DNA of 33,466 nt from an uncultured bacterium (GTDB taxonomy: Bacteria; Patescibacteriota; Minisyncoccia; Phycocordibacterales; UBA9973), in contig CAIOXR010000054.1 of assembly GCA_903862375.1 (NCBI GenBank), positions 1-33,466 of the forward strand, read 5' to 3'. The notes beneath the pieces were generated by a model that ran no database searches, was not told where the DNA came from, and saw only the letters and a program-made list of their open reading frames with translations. Within the stretch, counting starts at the first letter, position 1; each line of letters begins with the position of its first letter. Position numbers and translations under genes: made by a program. Positions 8,123 to 21,130 of the stretch are shown here, piece after piece.

Positions 8123-10069
8123 TTATTGGTTAGAAGTTAAAAACTTTGTTGCTGCTAATGATGTTCATCTATTAATTGCATTTTTAGGTAAATATTTAAT
8201 TGCTTTCTCTATTACTTTAGATGAAATTCATATTATATTTGATAATTCTCATATTAGTCTAGGACTAGAAGCGATAAGTCAAAGTCGCATAGTTGGATGT
8301 AATAAACCTAATATTGCTAATCATCCTGCCTCGATCCTACCCATAAATCATTTAGGTAATAATGGATTAAGTGCCTGACCAGCTATCTGTCATTTAAAAT
8401 TCTTTGTTCAATATTTCTGTAATTCATCAGCAACACTTTGGGAATATTCCTTATTATCGTTTAATAGATTCATTATTTTAGTAATAGCCGTCTGTTTATT
8501 TGTTTTACTGACATTTCAATCTATAGACAGTGCTTGTTTTATTGATTGCTCTGTATCTTTGAATTTAGAATATTGTGTCATCATATCTGCATATTCTGGT
8601 ACGTTTTTTTTTATTTTATTACCTATCTTATTAGAAGCATCTAATATAATTGTATCACTAAGTGTATTTTCAGTTCATCATTTGTAAAGATTTGATACCC
8701 TTTGTTTTAATGTGTCGGCTCATATAGCACTTGTGTCGTTCCGTTTTCTTATCTCATCTACTAAATTTCTTATCTGGTCTTGATGTGTTTTCTGTGATAT
8801 GGTAGATTTAGAAAAGTCTAATGACTTTCAATTTAGAATATAATTTTCATTAGCATCTGTCATTATCTTTATTCATTTATTTTCTAGATTGGATAATATT
8901 TCTTGTCAAGCGGCTGGTAGGTCTATTTGTGCTGTAGATTGCTCCAATTTTTTAGCTCATTTTCCATATATGAGATTTTTCTGAGACTTCATATTCTCTA
9001 CCATATTCTGAGCATTTTCCAATGTAGATTCTATTGGTGTTCATCCTCTAAGAGCTTTCGTAAATTCTTTATTCCCAGCATTTTCTATTGCAGTTTCAAT
9101 AGTTTTTCAAGATGTGCCAGTTAATTTACCAACCACTCATTTTACTATTTTTCATCATAATTTTGTTACTAGCGGTAATGCTTGTCAAAGAGCAAGATTA
9201 AATATACCGAATGTTAGTGCCTCTTCTGGTGTAGTTAATTTATGCTCTGCTATAGCATCATATTTAGACGCATCTAACGTTCATTGCGCAATTGCTTTAG
9301 TTACTGCTTGAGTAACTTTCTGTATAATAGGTCTAGCCTCCTCATTATTAGATAATCGTTTAGATACCTTAGCAACAGTTGAACCTTCTTCTACTAGTTT
9401 ATCTATCATAGGTATTTTAGTTAATCATTCTACTACTCAAACTTCAGTTGGCGTGAACATCTGTATAACATCTGTTGCTGTTTTAGCAGCGTTCCAACCT
9501 ACTGTATTGGGATTACCTCAACTTATTGCCTGTGGTTTATACTGCATAGTCGTATCATTTTCTCAGAATAGTTTATTAGCTCATTTCTCCATAATCTGCA
9601 TAGGAGCAGACAATGAATCCAATATTCAACCTAATATATTGTGTCCCGCTGTTGGTTTTGCCGCTCATTTAGCTTGTTCTTCCTTTATTGAGTCAAATGC
9701 TCGTTGCTTAAAGTCATCCGATAGCTCTGGATATAATCTTGATATTTTAGTTAGATTATCATTGTATTTAGAATCTATAGCGAAATCCATAAGTGGCTTC
9801 CAGTCACTAACAGAAAGTTCTGGGAATTTATTTGTAAGTGTTGGTCAAGATTCATTTTTCATTACTAAATTTACCAGTGCTTGTTTCATAACTGGCTCTT
9901 TACTATTTATAGAGGAAACCCTACCAATAGTAACATTAGTATTTGGTATCTTTGTATTATAAATACCAGTCTTTACTGCAGCAGGCATAGCACTTACTTG
10001 TGTTCATTGTACCCCAGTTACTGCTGGTTTGGTAATTCAAGTTATACCAGTATTAAATCCTAAATCCAT
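8123..10069 (-). CDS. large internal-virion/ejection-type protein (function by position only)
   Basis: 648 aa. ATG 10069 to TAA 8123, every codon checked, many in-frame TGA. C-terminal hydrophobic segment is GGLAILGLLHPTMRLGLIASSP. The plus-strand track ORFs here are antisense artefacts. Confidence 0.85.
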
Positions 10070-10090
10070 TTTTAATATATAAGAAATAAA

Positions 10091-12601
10091 TTATCTTCAA
10101 CTGACTCATCACATAGTACTACCAGCATTTATCTGTGAATTTGTAGTATTTTGTGTTGTAGTAGGTTTATTAATACCAGTTAGTGTATAATATTCATCTG
10201 GGTATGTCATTCAAGGATTAGATTTCATAACCTGTGTTATAACATCTTTTCTTGTAACTTTTTTATTACCCGTAACTCCATTCTCTGCAGAAGCTAATAA
10301 TGCTTCCAATACAGTAAATTTAGCAGTAGCAACATTCTTAGTGTCTGTCACTTTAGGAATATCATTATCTATAGACATATTTATCTCAGTCTGTGTTATT
10401 CTAAATCCAGCCCCTTGTCATCATACCAATGCTTGTAGTGCGGCTATAGCCGAGTTTCTCCAAGTTCAATAACTAGCAATAGCAGAACTTCTAGCATCAG
10501 CTCAAGGTAATTTTTGTGATTTTAGATTCTGTACTTTAGTATATAAATCTCGTGCAGTATTAGGTAGATAACTTTGTATAGCACTTTGTACATTAGCTAA
10601 ATCTTCCATTACTGTAGATATATTGTTTAATTTACTTGCCTGTGTCTTATCTAATATCGGTAATATACCAGCCTTATTTGCTAATTTAGATATTTTAGTT
10701 TTATCTGTTGGGGTCATTCAAGAGAGGTCAATCCATTGAGTGCCTGAGTAACTTTCTTTGATACTATTTGCATAGTCATTCATAAATTGCTGAGATTCTA
10801 TATCTCAAGCGGTTGATTGATATGTTTGTCGTTGTTTCTGTACTTCTGCTAATGGTATACCATTATTAGCACCTAATTGAGCTAGTTGGGCTACGGTGGG
10901 ATTTTTTAATGTATCAAATTGTGAATATAGTGATGTATTTCAATCAGATGGTGTAGTGTTTCATCCACCAAATAATTCTTGCCATAATCAAGGGCTTTCC
11001 TTTTTTATTTGTGCTGATTGGACTAATGATTTTTCATCTGCAGTTAATTGGTTAATTTTCTTTCACATTATATCACTAGATAATCAAACATCTCAAGTAC
11101 CTCGTGATTTAAGATATGTGCTTACTGTAGCATTACCTCGTCTTTGTGTCATAACTATATCATAAGCCTTCATTCAATCCTCTATAGTAGCAAATTTAGC
11201 AAAACTACCTCAATCTTGTGCATTAGTTCAATTAGTTACAACTATTCAAGCATCTTTCCATAATTGTTGTAGAGCAGGACTCGCAGCAGATAATTTAATC
11301 CCAGTAGGATTGTTATTCTTAAATGATGCTTCATTAGGATATTGCGAAGCTAATCCACTTAAATCTCATTTACTTACTGATGTAGAAGTTGATGTGGTAT
11401 CTCATATTCATTGTGTAGTTATATCTCGTACTCAAGTAGTAGGATTCCATTGTGTAATAATTGCTCAAGTTCACAATGGGTTCTGAGATACATTTGGCTG
11501 CATAAGTTCTGCCTGTTGCATCTGTAACGTAGCCATATCCTTTTGCATACCTCGATTAGCGTTAAATAATGCAAGTTGGTCTGTGAACTGTTGTTGCTGC
11601 ATTGTATAAGCATCTTGTTTAGCTTTAATCTGTCAATTAAGTGCTGTAAGTTCTCTTACTTTAGTATTTCTATCTATACTTAAGTCTGCTGTTTGGTCTC
11701 TTACTATTGCAGATAATTGTCCTTTAGATAATGAGCCATAATGAGCTTCAGCATCTTTCTGGATTTGTTCTATCTGTTTATCTATGTCATCTATAGCTAG
11801 CGACACTGTATTAGCTTGTTCTGATACCTTAGATAATTCTGGGTCTGTTGTAGGAATGGTTGGTAATGCAGAAGTAGAACTTGTTGTTCCACCATCAAAT
11901 CCTGCCTGTGTAGCATAAGTAGCAAGAGTATTTTTATTGTCTTCTATATTCTGTTGTTCAGCTCTTTTAGTCATAACTTCGTTATATCTTGCAACATCGT
12001 TTACCTTCATATAATCTAGGTCTGCATCAGTATAGGTTCAGTTTACTAACCCCTTAGCGATGTCATCACTAGGTAACGCTCCTATCCCTCTTTCATAACT
12101 CTTTTGATTATAGAATTTATCTAGTATCCCTTTTTGTGCTGCCGTTCTTTCTCAATAATGATATGTGGTATCAAAAGTTCATCTATCTTGAAATTGTGTA
12201 TTATCTTGAGCATATTGAGTAGTTAAGTTATTCTGTATCTCTAATAATCTTTTTTCGCTATCATCTGTATAACTAGATTCAGTCTTAACTGGTGTTACTA
12301 CTGGTTCTGTTACTGGTTCTACTTTATCATTTACTGGCTCTACTTTAGTAGTTGTGCCATTTCATAATTTATTAGTACCCTTATATCAAGGTTGTAACGC
12401 CATAGGGTCAGTCATACTAGTTTTTGTTGGATTAACTGGTGTTACTGGTGCTGTAGCATACTGCATATTATATTTAGCTGGATCAAAAGTAGGATTCTTT
12501 TTTACGAACGCCTGTTGACCTGCTAAATCCATCTTACTCCAAGCCTCTGTAGCTTTAGTTGGTACTACTGTAGATTCTGGTGTTACTACTGGTTCTGCCA
12601 T
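10091..12601 (-). CDS. large internal-virion/ejection-type protein
   Basis: 836 aa. It joins same-frame track ORFs 12386..12601, 11633..12010 and 10502..10717 through TGA codons, checked codon by codon. The N-terminus is Pro/Val/Thr-rich. A central segment reads ...NNNPTGIKLSAASPALQQLWKDAG...FAKFATIEDGMKAY... Confidence 0.9.
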
Positions 12602-12621
12602 TTAGATTATTTAAGGATAAA

Positions 12622-13128
12622 TTATGATAGTTTGAATGCTTTAAGTTTTGTTGTAACATTTAGTGGTCATCAACTAGATTGATATACATCAACTGTAATA
12701 TAATCATTTTTATTTAGGTTGAATATTTCTGTAATATCTATTAACATAGTTACTGATGCTATTGGTAACACATATTTTATTTCTAATGGACTTCAATTCA
12801 AGTTTATTACAATAAATCTTATACCTGTTGCTGTAGCATCTGCTGCAAAAAATCAAATAACATTTAATTGATATGTTCAGTCTGTTGGTATCAAAACTTG
12901 TCAGGTTGTTTTTGCTCGATTATATTTACCAGTTACTGTATATACATATCAAGGTATAGTTGTTAGACTTGATGTTGCTATTGCTCTTGTACTATCTATT
13001 GCTATTACGCTATCTAAATATCTGTTATATGTCTGTGTTCTAGCGTTTATAGGTCTCTGTGTATATCAAGATTGTGTTGTTACTGGTTGTAATATAATAT
13101 CCTTTGGTGGTTCTGATTGGATTCCCAT
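12622..13128 (-). CDS. small beta-rich virion protein (C1q/TNF-like guess)
   Basis: 168 aa, MGIQSEPPKDIILQPVTTQSGYTQRP...TYQLNVIGFFAADATATGIRFIVINLNGSPLE...LNKNDYITVDVYQSS. Alternative in-frame ATGs at 13158 and 13161. Confidence 0.7.
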
Positions 13129-13147
13129 TAGGAATATAAGTAATAGA

Positions 13148-15034
13148 TTAAAAAACATCATTAACTGTATCTGTTTTAATAGATAAATCAAATACCTTAG
13201 GTGTCTTTGTACTTGAACTAGAATTTAGTACAACTTTGAATTGTACCTTATAGAACTTCATACCAGCTGCAGCAGTAATAAAATCTTGTGTCATTACATT
13301 ACTTCTACCATAAGCTGTTGTTGTACCTGTTCAAGTTATAGTCTTTAATAAAGTATAACTTCAATCATCTATCTTAATATATATCTGTATGTTAGTTACT
13401 GACCCTTGTAATTGATAACCTATCTGCATCTTCTCTAGTTTCTTTATAGTGCTGAGTTTATCTCGTACTATAGGATTATATTCTACGAAACCTGTAGTAG
13501 TATAACTAGGAGATGTTGTATTGTTTATATTCTGTAATGAATGTTTGTATACTCGCGGTTTAGTAGCTATTAATCAAGAAGAATAAAGTGCTAATCAATC
13601 TAATCACACCTGTGTTGCTGTTATATCTCATATAGTAGATAGATAATTTTTACTTAGACTTTCTGATAATCAAGGTAACTCGCTACCAAACGAATATAAT
13701 CAACTATTACTTACCATATAGAGTATATCTCTATTAATATCTACTGTCTGTCATCGTTGTGATGTATTACTTATAAATCACATCTTATCTGTAGCATACG
13801 AGTTTATATATGGACTTTGATATAGTTTTACTTTATCCCAACCACTAACTTTATATAACTCCCTATAATTATCTTTACCTGTTACTACATAATCAAATGT
13901 TCAATTATTTTTTACAGCTAATATATTTTTTCTTGGTCGTTCTATCATCTCATCTCGTTCTTTACTTACTCAATCTCGTAGATACTGTCTAGATCTTCAA
14001 TAAAAAGTATAAACACCAGTATCAACACTATATTTATTAGTATAAACATATATTCTTGTTCATATATTAGTCATTCAAATAATAATCTCATCTTTAGCTA
14101 ATATTAAACTATTAACAGATGTTCGTGTAGCTGAAGCAGATATATCTATCTGTGTTACTGTATTATTTCAAGCTACATATAAATAAGGATATAAATTTAT
14201 AAATGGATGATATGTAGAAATTTCCATATTATCTCAAGTTAGTGTTCCAGCCTCTATTTTTGTTGCTTGTACTGATACATCATAAAGAAATATACCTAAA
14301 TCAGCACTTGCAGTAAAAGCAAGTGTTTCGCTAGTCGATGCTGTTGTTCTCCAAAACGAATAAGTACCAGAAGCTGTTACCGTTCATAGTGTTGCTCATC
14401 ACATCTTAACAACTAGAGATGTTCAAGCAGAAAATAAACATCTGAATTGTACTCTATATTCTGTAGTATTTAATACTGTTAATACTTGTGATAAGTCAGA
14501 ACCAGTACCTGCTGTATGTATAGCTCTACCTCATGGTATACTCCAATCAGTACCTTTAGTCCAATCACTATCAGTAATAAACGTACCATTAGTAACAACT
14601 GTTGTTCATAATAATCATAAATCTGCTTTGGTTCAATTATAAACTCGTCTATATAATGCAGCTGTTCACATAACTACTCAATATAAGTTATTTCAACTTC
14701 TAAGTATTGTTGTATTAATATAAAAATAAGAACTATCATATAATGCTCATCAGTTATTAGTATAATTATAACTAGGTGTATAGATATTACCACTATAAGA
14801 TACAAAGTGTGCATAAGTAGCATTATTAATATACATAGCAGTAATTCGATCACTAGAACTATTACTTATCTGACATACAGAAGTAGATAAACTATCTAAA
14901 CAATAATATTTAGCACTCTCTCTAATATTAACTCATTCAGTATTATAAACACTACCTAAAAATCAGTATTCCTCATTAGAGATACCTCTAGTCACATCAC
15001 TTCGTGTTAAATTATTGTTTTGTTCTTTAGCCAT
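13148..15034 (-). CDS. large tail protein, nozzle/tubular-B-like by position
   Basis: 628 aa. ATG 15034 (the only possible start) to TAA 13148, every codon checked. Overlaps the upstream gene by 8 nt (ATGGCTAA). Confidence 0.85.
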
Positions 15035-15746
15035 AATATGAAAGATCTGGGATAAATGATTCTTCTCATAATATATTTTTATTCATCATCTGATTTATTA
15101 CTCTTAACTTTTCACTCTCATAAAACTGTTTAGCTTGTATTCTTCTATCTTCAAAGTTTACTCACATATTACCATAGAACCGATATTTAAGTCATTCTAC
15201 TATTATTGGATGTGCTGCTGGTGGTATTATTATCATACCCTCAACATCTTCAGTACTAGCTGATTTAGGTACTACTGCTTTAGGTCACATTATCTGTAAT
15301 CCACTAGTTATACTTGTATCAGGTGTAGGGAAGATAACTATACTATCACTACCTACTAAATAAGCTGTAGGTTGGTTTTTATCTGTTGTTGCAGCATAGA
15401 AATCAGGTAAGTTTAAATATCATTCAACATATTTAACTTGTACTGGTGTATAATAAGTATCTGTGCTTCTAAGTTTAACTCATATCTTTACTGCTTGATT
15501 TATTCAGAAAGTAGAAGTAATTAATGTTGAAGCTGCTATAGAAGCAGGTAATGTATATGTAGAAGTTCAAGCAACAAGATTAATATTAAATTGGTTCATC
15601 TTATCTCAAGGACTCTCATTACATATATCTCGCCAAAAATCTTCCTCCACTTGATTAAGAAACTGGAAAGATTGTGTAGCACTTACTATATCAGTAGTAC
15701 ATCCTGTTTGGTTTCTTGCTGTAGATATAATTAAACTAGGTATCAT
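15027..15746 (-). CDS. adaptor/tubular-A-like virion protein (by position)
   Basis: 239 aa, MIPSLIISTARNQTGCTTDIVSATQSFQFLNQVEEDFWRDI...STYTLPASI...IVIFPTPD... Frame checked. Confidence 0.8.
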
Positions 15747-15763
15747 TTATTAGTATTTAAGGG

Positions 15764-16612
15764 TTAAATCATATTTAGTAGGAAATTTGCATTAGTTGTT
15801 GGTGCTACATATTCTACCATAGTTCGAGTACCGTCTGTTGTAAATGTATGTAATGTATAAGCACCAAATGTAGATACCGCTCAACCTGTACTAGATGTAC
15901 TTACTCAATCAGAACCATCAGTCTTATATGCTATAACTACTACTCAATCTCATCATTTAGCTCAAGTTACAGTTCAACTATTTCAACCTCATCATCCTCA
16001 TCCTCATCAAGTTCAATCTGTTCCTGCTGTACCATTAGTAGTATTACTTCATCAAGCTCATCATCAGTTAGCTGCTGTTCACGCAGTTCAAGCAAAATAT
16101 ACTCAACCTCAACCACCTCAAGCGAACCATCCACTTGCTCATACTCCTGTTCAAAATACTGCTGAATAATTTACTCCTGCTCATCAGTTACCTGCTGTTC
16201 AAGTAGATGCGTTTGTTCATACGCTTCACATACCTCCTCATCCTCATCAAGGGTATGGACTTGATGTATTATTTACTCATCAATTATATCATGGATTACT
16301 AGTACCTCATATCTTTCAAACTGTACTTCATTCTCAAGCTCATCATCAACATCAACCATTTCTACCATTATTATCATTAGCACCAGAACCACCTCAACCT
16401 AATCAAGTTAATGTGGAGAACGTAGTATTTAATCAATATCATCATGGTATTCAAGCTGGTGCTTTAGTTCAAGCTCATCAAGTTCATATATCTATTGCGT
16501 ATGCTTGTGCTGTTACTGTATGTGCTGCAGAATAAGTTGCTCATCAAGCTCCTCATCCTCATCAAGAACCTCATCATCATCATCATACTACTAATGCCTT
16601 AATCGCTGCCAT
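15764..16612 (-). CDS. glycine-rich domain protein (tail-fibre associated)
   Basis: 282 aa, MAAIKALVVGGGGGGSGGGGGAGGATYSAAH...GDGVVVIAYKTDG... There are 94 Gly, and 65 of them are encoded by TGA. Checked codon by codon. The gene is invisible to standard-code ORF finding. Confidence 0.9.
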
Positions 16613-16634
16613 TTATTATATTAGTAATATAAAA

Positions 16635-17474
16635 CTAACAATTCTGTCAGATAATGAATCCATCATACGTATTTGTTCAAGTTCTTATAAACCCAAAAGT
16701 ATCTCTTTTGTTTAACGTAGCAGTTAAAGTTGGAGCACTTCCTCAAGCTCGTCTTACTGTATTAAATCGTGCTGCTATTGTACTTACTGTTCCACTACCC
16801 TGTAATATACTTACTATAAAGCATTGACTATTAGTGGCATTTGCTACTGTAAATGTTATCGCTGTTCCATCTGTGTGTCCTGTTACTATATGTACGTTAT
16901 TTACTGCACAATCTAATGCTACTGTCTGACTTCATGTTGCTGGTGTATATATTTTTCATACTTCATCTCTACCTGCACTAACAGTTTTGCCTGTCATAGT
17001 TCATCCAGCTTTTGGTAGTGCGTTATCTGCTGCTGTACCTTGTGTTGAAGTAGCGTACGCTGTAGCTGCTGTATATGCTGCTGTACCTAATGTTCATCAA
17101 GTTCAGATAGCTAATGTAGAACTATCAGTACCAGTAAATGTTAATGTATTATCACATTTTAATGTCTTACCTGCCGCTATATTTAATGTATTTGTTCAGT
17201 TAGCTGTAACTATTAACCCATTTGTTGTTGTAGGAGTTATAGCTCATAATGTAAGAGTTATCGCTGGTGTTGTTGTTGCTGTTGCTACACTTCCGCTTAC
17301 CCCGTTAGCTGTTGTTACCGATACGCTTGTTACTGTACCATTTCAACTTCATATCGCATTTGCTTTAACCTTTCTACTTGTTGCTACTCAACCAATAAAA
17401 TCAACAACAGGAATTACTGCATTAGCATCTAATATTAAACTTTCTGTTAGATCTATTATCTTAGTGTTAGCCAT
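16635..17474 (-). CDS. tail fibre protein
   Basis: 279 aa, frame checked. Contains ...GNGTVTSVSVTTANGVSGSVATATTTPAITLTLGAITP... and ...AADNALPKAGGTMTGK..., which are typical phage fibre motifs. Plus-strand track ORF 16987..17493 is antisense. Confidence 0.88.
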
Positions 17475-17478
17475 TGAA

Positions 17479-17628
17479 TTAGTAAAAAACTAAAGGTAAT
17501 CATTGTTGGTCTACTAAAAGATTATCATCCATTGTTAATATGAAAAGATTATCTGTAGTTATTACTTCTACATAATCATACATAAGTGGTGTTTCTGAAT
17601 ATGTTGTATTATTTTCTCAGTAATACAT
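17479..17628 (-). CDS. hypothetical small protein
   Basis: 49 aa, MYYGENNTTYSETPLMYDYVEVITTDNLFILTMDDNLLVDQQGLPLVFY. First gene after the terminator, with motif TTTTTACTTAA upstream. Confidence 0.45.
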
Positions 17629-17644
17629 TAAATGGTAATTTTTA

Positions 17645-17677
17645 AGTAAAAATCAGGGAAGTTTTTTAGGCTTCCCT
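17645..17677 (-). terminator. rho-independent terminator
   Basis: Stem agggaag (17655-17661) / cttccct (17671-17677). On the minus strand it is followed by gattttt. Confidence 0.65.
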
Positions 17678-17682
17678 AATTA

Positions 17683-17991
17683 TTATCAGGGTATTTTGTA
17701 ACCACATTGGATATTTATCTTCTGTGCGTTTATGATTTTCAAATTGTCAATATTAGAATCAAATATATAATGACCCAAATTAACCAACTCTAATCATACA
17801 GCATTAGTTACTGTACTACCATCTAATGATACTCTTACAACTCCTTCAGTATTCAAATAGAATACATTAGGATTAAGTAAAGCAGCAGCATCTCATTTTC
17901 CTGTACTAGCAGTATTCATAAGTGTTCTTAATGATAGTGAGTCAGTAGTTCCTGTTACTTGATTAACTCCTGTTTTTAGTCGTTGTATCAT
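17683..17991 (-). CDS. small virion-associated protein
   Basis: 102 aa, MIQRLKTGVNQVTGTTDSLSLRTLMNTASTGKGDAAALLNPNVFYLNTEG..., ending in TGA TAA TAA. Frame checked. Confidence 0.7.
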
Positions 17992-18013
17992 TATTTAGGT
18001 TTTAGTAATAAAA

Positions 18014-18814
18014 CTACGCATTTGAAGTAAAGACTGGGATATAACAAGCAGCACCATTAACATAAATCTTTAGTACCTTTTGTGCTACTCATCAAGTAGA
18101 CACACCAGCACTACCAGCTCCAGTTCAAGCAGCTACATACATTGTAGATGTATCAACTACAGCTAGGTTTAGTAATGATTCTATCTTACTAGTTTCCAAA
18201 TCTTCACAATAAATCCAAGAACTTTTAGCTGCATTTAATGCAGATTTAAGACTAGAATCTAATCTTAAAGGAGCATAAGTACCAGCATTAAGTGTAAGAC
18301 TTCAAGCAGAAGCTATAGTACCTCTTAATCAAGCAGCTATACCAGCTACTCCAGTTCAAGCGTTTACTTCAGCTGTTGCGTGTATTCCGTGTATTGCTAA
18401 TGGTTTTCCAGTACAAAGTGCGTATGCTCTTACAGCATCTCCACTTACTCCTGTAGCTCCAGTTAATATCATTTTGTTATAGAGATTTCTTACATCTCCT
18501 GTTGTTGCACTGTTTGTTTGGTATGTTTGCAATAGATTACCTCCTGCAGTTAATGTTATAGGAGCACCACTTGTACCGATAAGAGTAGTTCAAGTGATTG
18601 TGAGTGTATCTGTTGCAGTATTACCTATAATAGTATTACCAGTAATCGTTAAATCTACTGGCGTTATTATTCATATTAGATTAACTGAAGGTGCATCTAT
18701 CTTAAGTGTTCATACTGCAGAAGGATAAATAGAACAAGAATAATCTTTCCATTGTATTGAACCTGCATCACTTATAATTAGATTACTTCAGCTAAATTTT
18801 GGACTATCAGCCAT
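18014..18814 (-). CDS. virion structural protein (beta-rich, unknown role)
   Basis: 266 aa, MADSPKFSGSNLIISDAGSIQWKDY...TLTITGTTLIGTSGAPITLTAGG...KIYVNGAACYIPVFTSNA. Frame checked. Confidence 0.85.
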
Positions 18815-18837
18815 TGTTATTTTTTAGAGAAGTAAAA

Positions 18838-19251
18838 CTAATCAGGCGTTCCTCCTGAATCTAATGTTCCATCATCATCTAGTCGATATTGTAACCATTT
18901 TCCTGCACTACCACCAACAACACAAACGAATACTGCTACCCCAGTATTACCAGCCATGGCTAGTGTTTTAGCAGGAGTACATACTGTACCATTGATATAG
19001 TTAGTATAGGCATTAGGTTTAATCTCGAATCCAGTTGTTCATACCTCTTTAATGTATAATACATTACCCAATACTGGAGGAGGAAGAACAATTATATGTG
19101 TTACTGTGTTGGATGTCACACTAGCAAATGAAGTTCAAACTGGTATTACTGCGAGTCAGTCAGCAGATGCGTTAGCTGTAAGTCTTACAGCTCAAGCCTG
19201 CAATCCTGCTTCGGAGGTTTGGACTCCCTTTATGCTTATAGGATTTGTCAT
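18838..19251 (-). CDS. small structural protein downstream of the capsid gene (decoration-like guess)
   Basis: 137 aa, MTNPISIKGVQTSEAGLQAGAVRLTANASADGLAVIPVG... Frame checked. Confidence 0.75.
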
Positions 19252-19269
19252 CTTAAATTTATAATAAAT

Positions 19270-19301
19270 TAAAAGAATTAAAGGAGGAGTTTTCCCCTCC
19301 T
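19270..19301 (-). terminator. rho-independent terminator after the major capsid gene
   Basis: Stem aggagg (19282-19287) / cctcct (19296-19301). On the minus strand it is followed by ttaattctttt. Confidence 0.65.
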
Positions 19302-19309
19302 ATTTATAC

Positions 19310-20518
19310 TTAGGCAACAACTCTAACTCTGATAGCTCTGTTTGCACCTTCTGCGAATGTCTTGATACCATATAATGTGTAGCAAAGATAGTCGTATCCA
19401 GTTTTAAGAGGTTCTTTGTTCTGTTGTACTGTAACGTCTGCTTGGATAACCAAATCAGTACATCAATATTGACCGAATCGGCAATCTGCAACTTGAGTAG
19501 ACCAAGTTCCATAAGATGTGCTTGCAGGTGTGTAAGAACAAGTTATGTTACCATAAGATGTGATGGTAAGAACGTGTGCAGCATAACTTGCTGATACTCC
19601 AGCATTTTTAAGAATATCTCTATTAGCTTGTGTGATGTCGATATAAGTATCTACTCCAGGTGTTCCTGTACCGTTGATAGCAGTAACCAAAGTAGCCATA
19701 CATAAATCTTCTGAGTTTTGGATAGAGAAGTGTCCTACTCCTACTGCAGTGTTATCAGCATCAGCTGTGAACGCTACACCAGCGATAGTAACAATATCTG
19801 TATCAACTAGGATAGCAGAAGTAGTGAACACGTTTGTATGTTTAACTGAATTAGATACAAATACGTTCATATTACCCCAAGTACCCATATAACCCATACC
19901 TTTAAGTGTTCCTTGTAACGCTGCATCTGCTTGGTTGAAACCATTAGCAAGATTAGTCTGTTGCATAAGAGCTTTAAGATTAGGTGTTACAACGAAGAAC
20001 CAAGGTGTAGTATCTTCGATGTTTGCTGTGTTAGCTTTAGCTTCAACAGTAGTGAAAAGTTTGAATACGTTAGATACAGATACTGTAACTGGGTTTCCAG
20101 ATGTTCCTCCGAAATCACCATCAGTTACTGTGTAAGTTGAGTTAGCTACTTCAGCCATGAATGCACCATCAATGTTTTTCTTCAAAGCATATCCGATACG
20201 ATCAATCATTTTATTAGCTACATCATATTTGTTCTGGATCTTATCAATGTTGTCGATATATACTGTAGCTTCTTTTGTTTGATCAACAGTAAGATATTCG
20301 TCAGTAATAGTTACATCTTGAGCAGTTACTGCTGTTCCTTTAGTATAAGAGTTTACTGAAACATCTGAGTGGTACGGTCTATGTACTTTAATACCGTTTG
20401 TTAAAGTTGCTCTTTCTTCCATATTAGAAATCTCTCTTGCTACTAATTTAGCTTTAAGAAGATTCTGCATCCTTGCTGATCGATACTCTGGAGATGCGGC
20501 GGTAAGTGAATTTGCCAT
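19310..20518 (-). CDS. major capsid protein (HK97-fold type)
   Basis: 402 aa. Track ORF 19463..20518 (351 aa) ends at the only TGA in the gene. Read-through adds 51 codons (the TGA glycine plus 50 aa, ...TLYGIKTFAEGANRAIRVRVVA) up to TAA 19310. It lies after a scaffold-like gene and before a terminator. Confidence 0.9.
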
Positions 20519-20528
20519 TTGTTTTTAC

Positions 20529-20549
20529 ATATAAAATAATAAAAGATAT
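20529..20549 (-). promoter_or_regulatory. U-rich pre-start motif upstream of the capsid gene
   Basis: The minus strand reads ATATCTTTTATTATTTTATATgtaaaaacaaATG. No GGAGG-type Shine-Dalgarno is present. Confidence 0.45.
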
Positions 20550-21130
20550 TAGTTAGACATTCCACTAGCCATTCTTGATTCCTTAGCTTTTTGGTTAGAC
20601 CGAGCGATAAACTCTGCTGAAGATTTGAAATCTTCCATAGTAGGGTTCTCTAAATCTCTTGTGTCTTCTTTAGTAACTCAGGTAAGATTGGTTGTTGATG
20701 TCATTTTATTCCTTCATTGCTCATCTAAGAGTAATGTAGGATTGTTTATAGCAGCATATAACTTGAACGCATCATCGTAAGATAACTCTTTTTCAGAACT
20801 TAACTTATCAATCTCTGATTCAAATTGTTTAGCTATTGGGTTTTTAGTAAAGAACTCTGTCTTTTCCTGTTTAGCCTCTGTTTCCAGTGCTTGTTTAGCA
20901 ACTAATTCTTGTAATTCAGACATTTGTTTGGTTAATTTTTCTGTCTCAGTTACTTTTGCTTCTAATTCTGCGTTTCTACTCTTCAGTTCATTACGCTGTT
21001 TGAGTAACTTAACTACTGAACTAGGGCGTTTGTCTTCTGTTTTTGTTTCTTGTGTCACCTCTTCTCATTCTACCTCGGTGTTGGTATCGTCGATTTGTGC
21101 CTCGACATTAGCGATTTCTAAATCATCCAT
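20549..21130 (-). CDS. scaffolding protein
   Basis: 193 aa. ATG 21130, through TGA codons, to TAA 20549; contains track ORF 20714..21058. Acidic coiled-coil protein immediately upstream of the capsid gene. Confidence 0.8.

Noticed and set aside
11419-19512. Minus-strand track ORFs 11419..11613 and 19300..19512
   Set aside because: They are out of frame with the continuous genes covering the same coordinates (10091..12601 and the capsid extension 19310..19465), and their translations are not protein-like.
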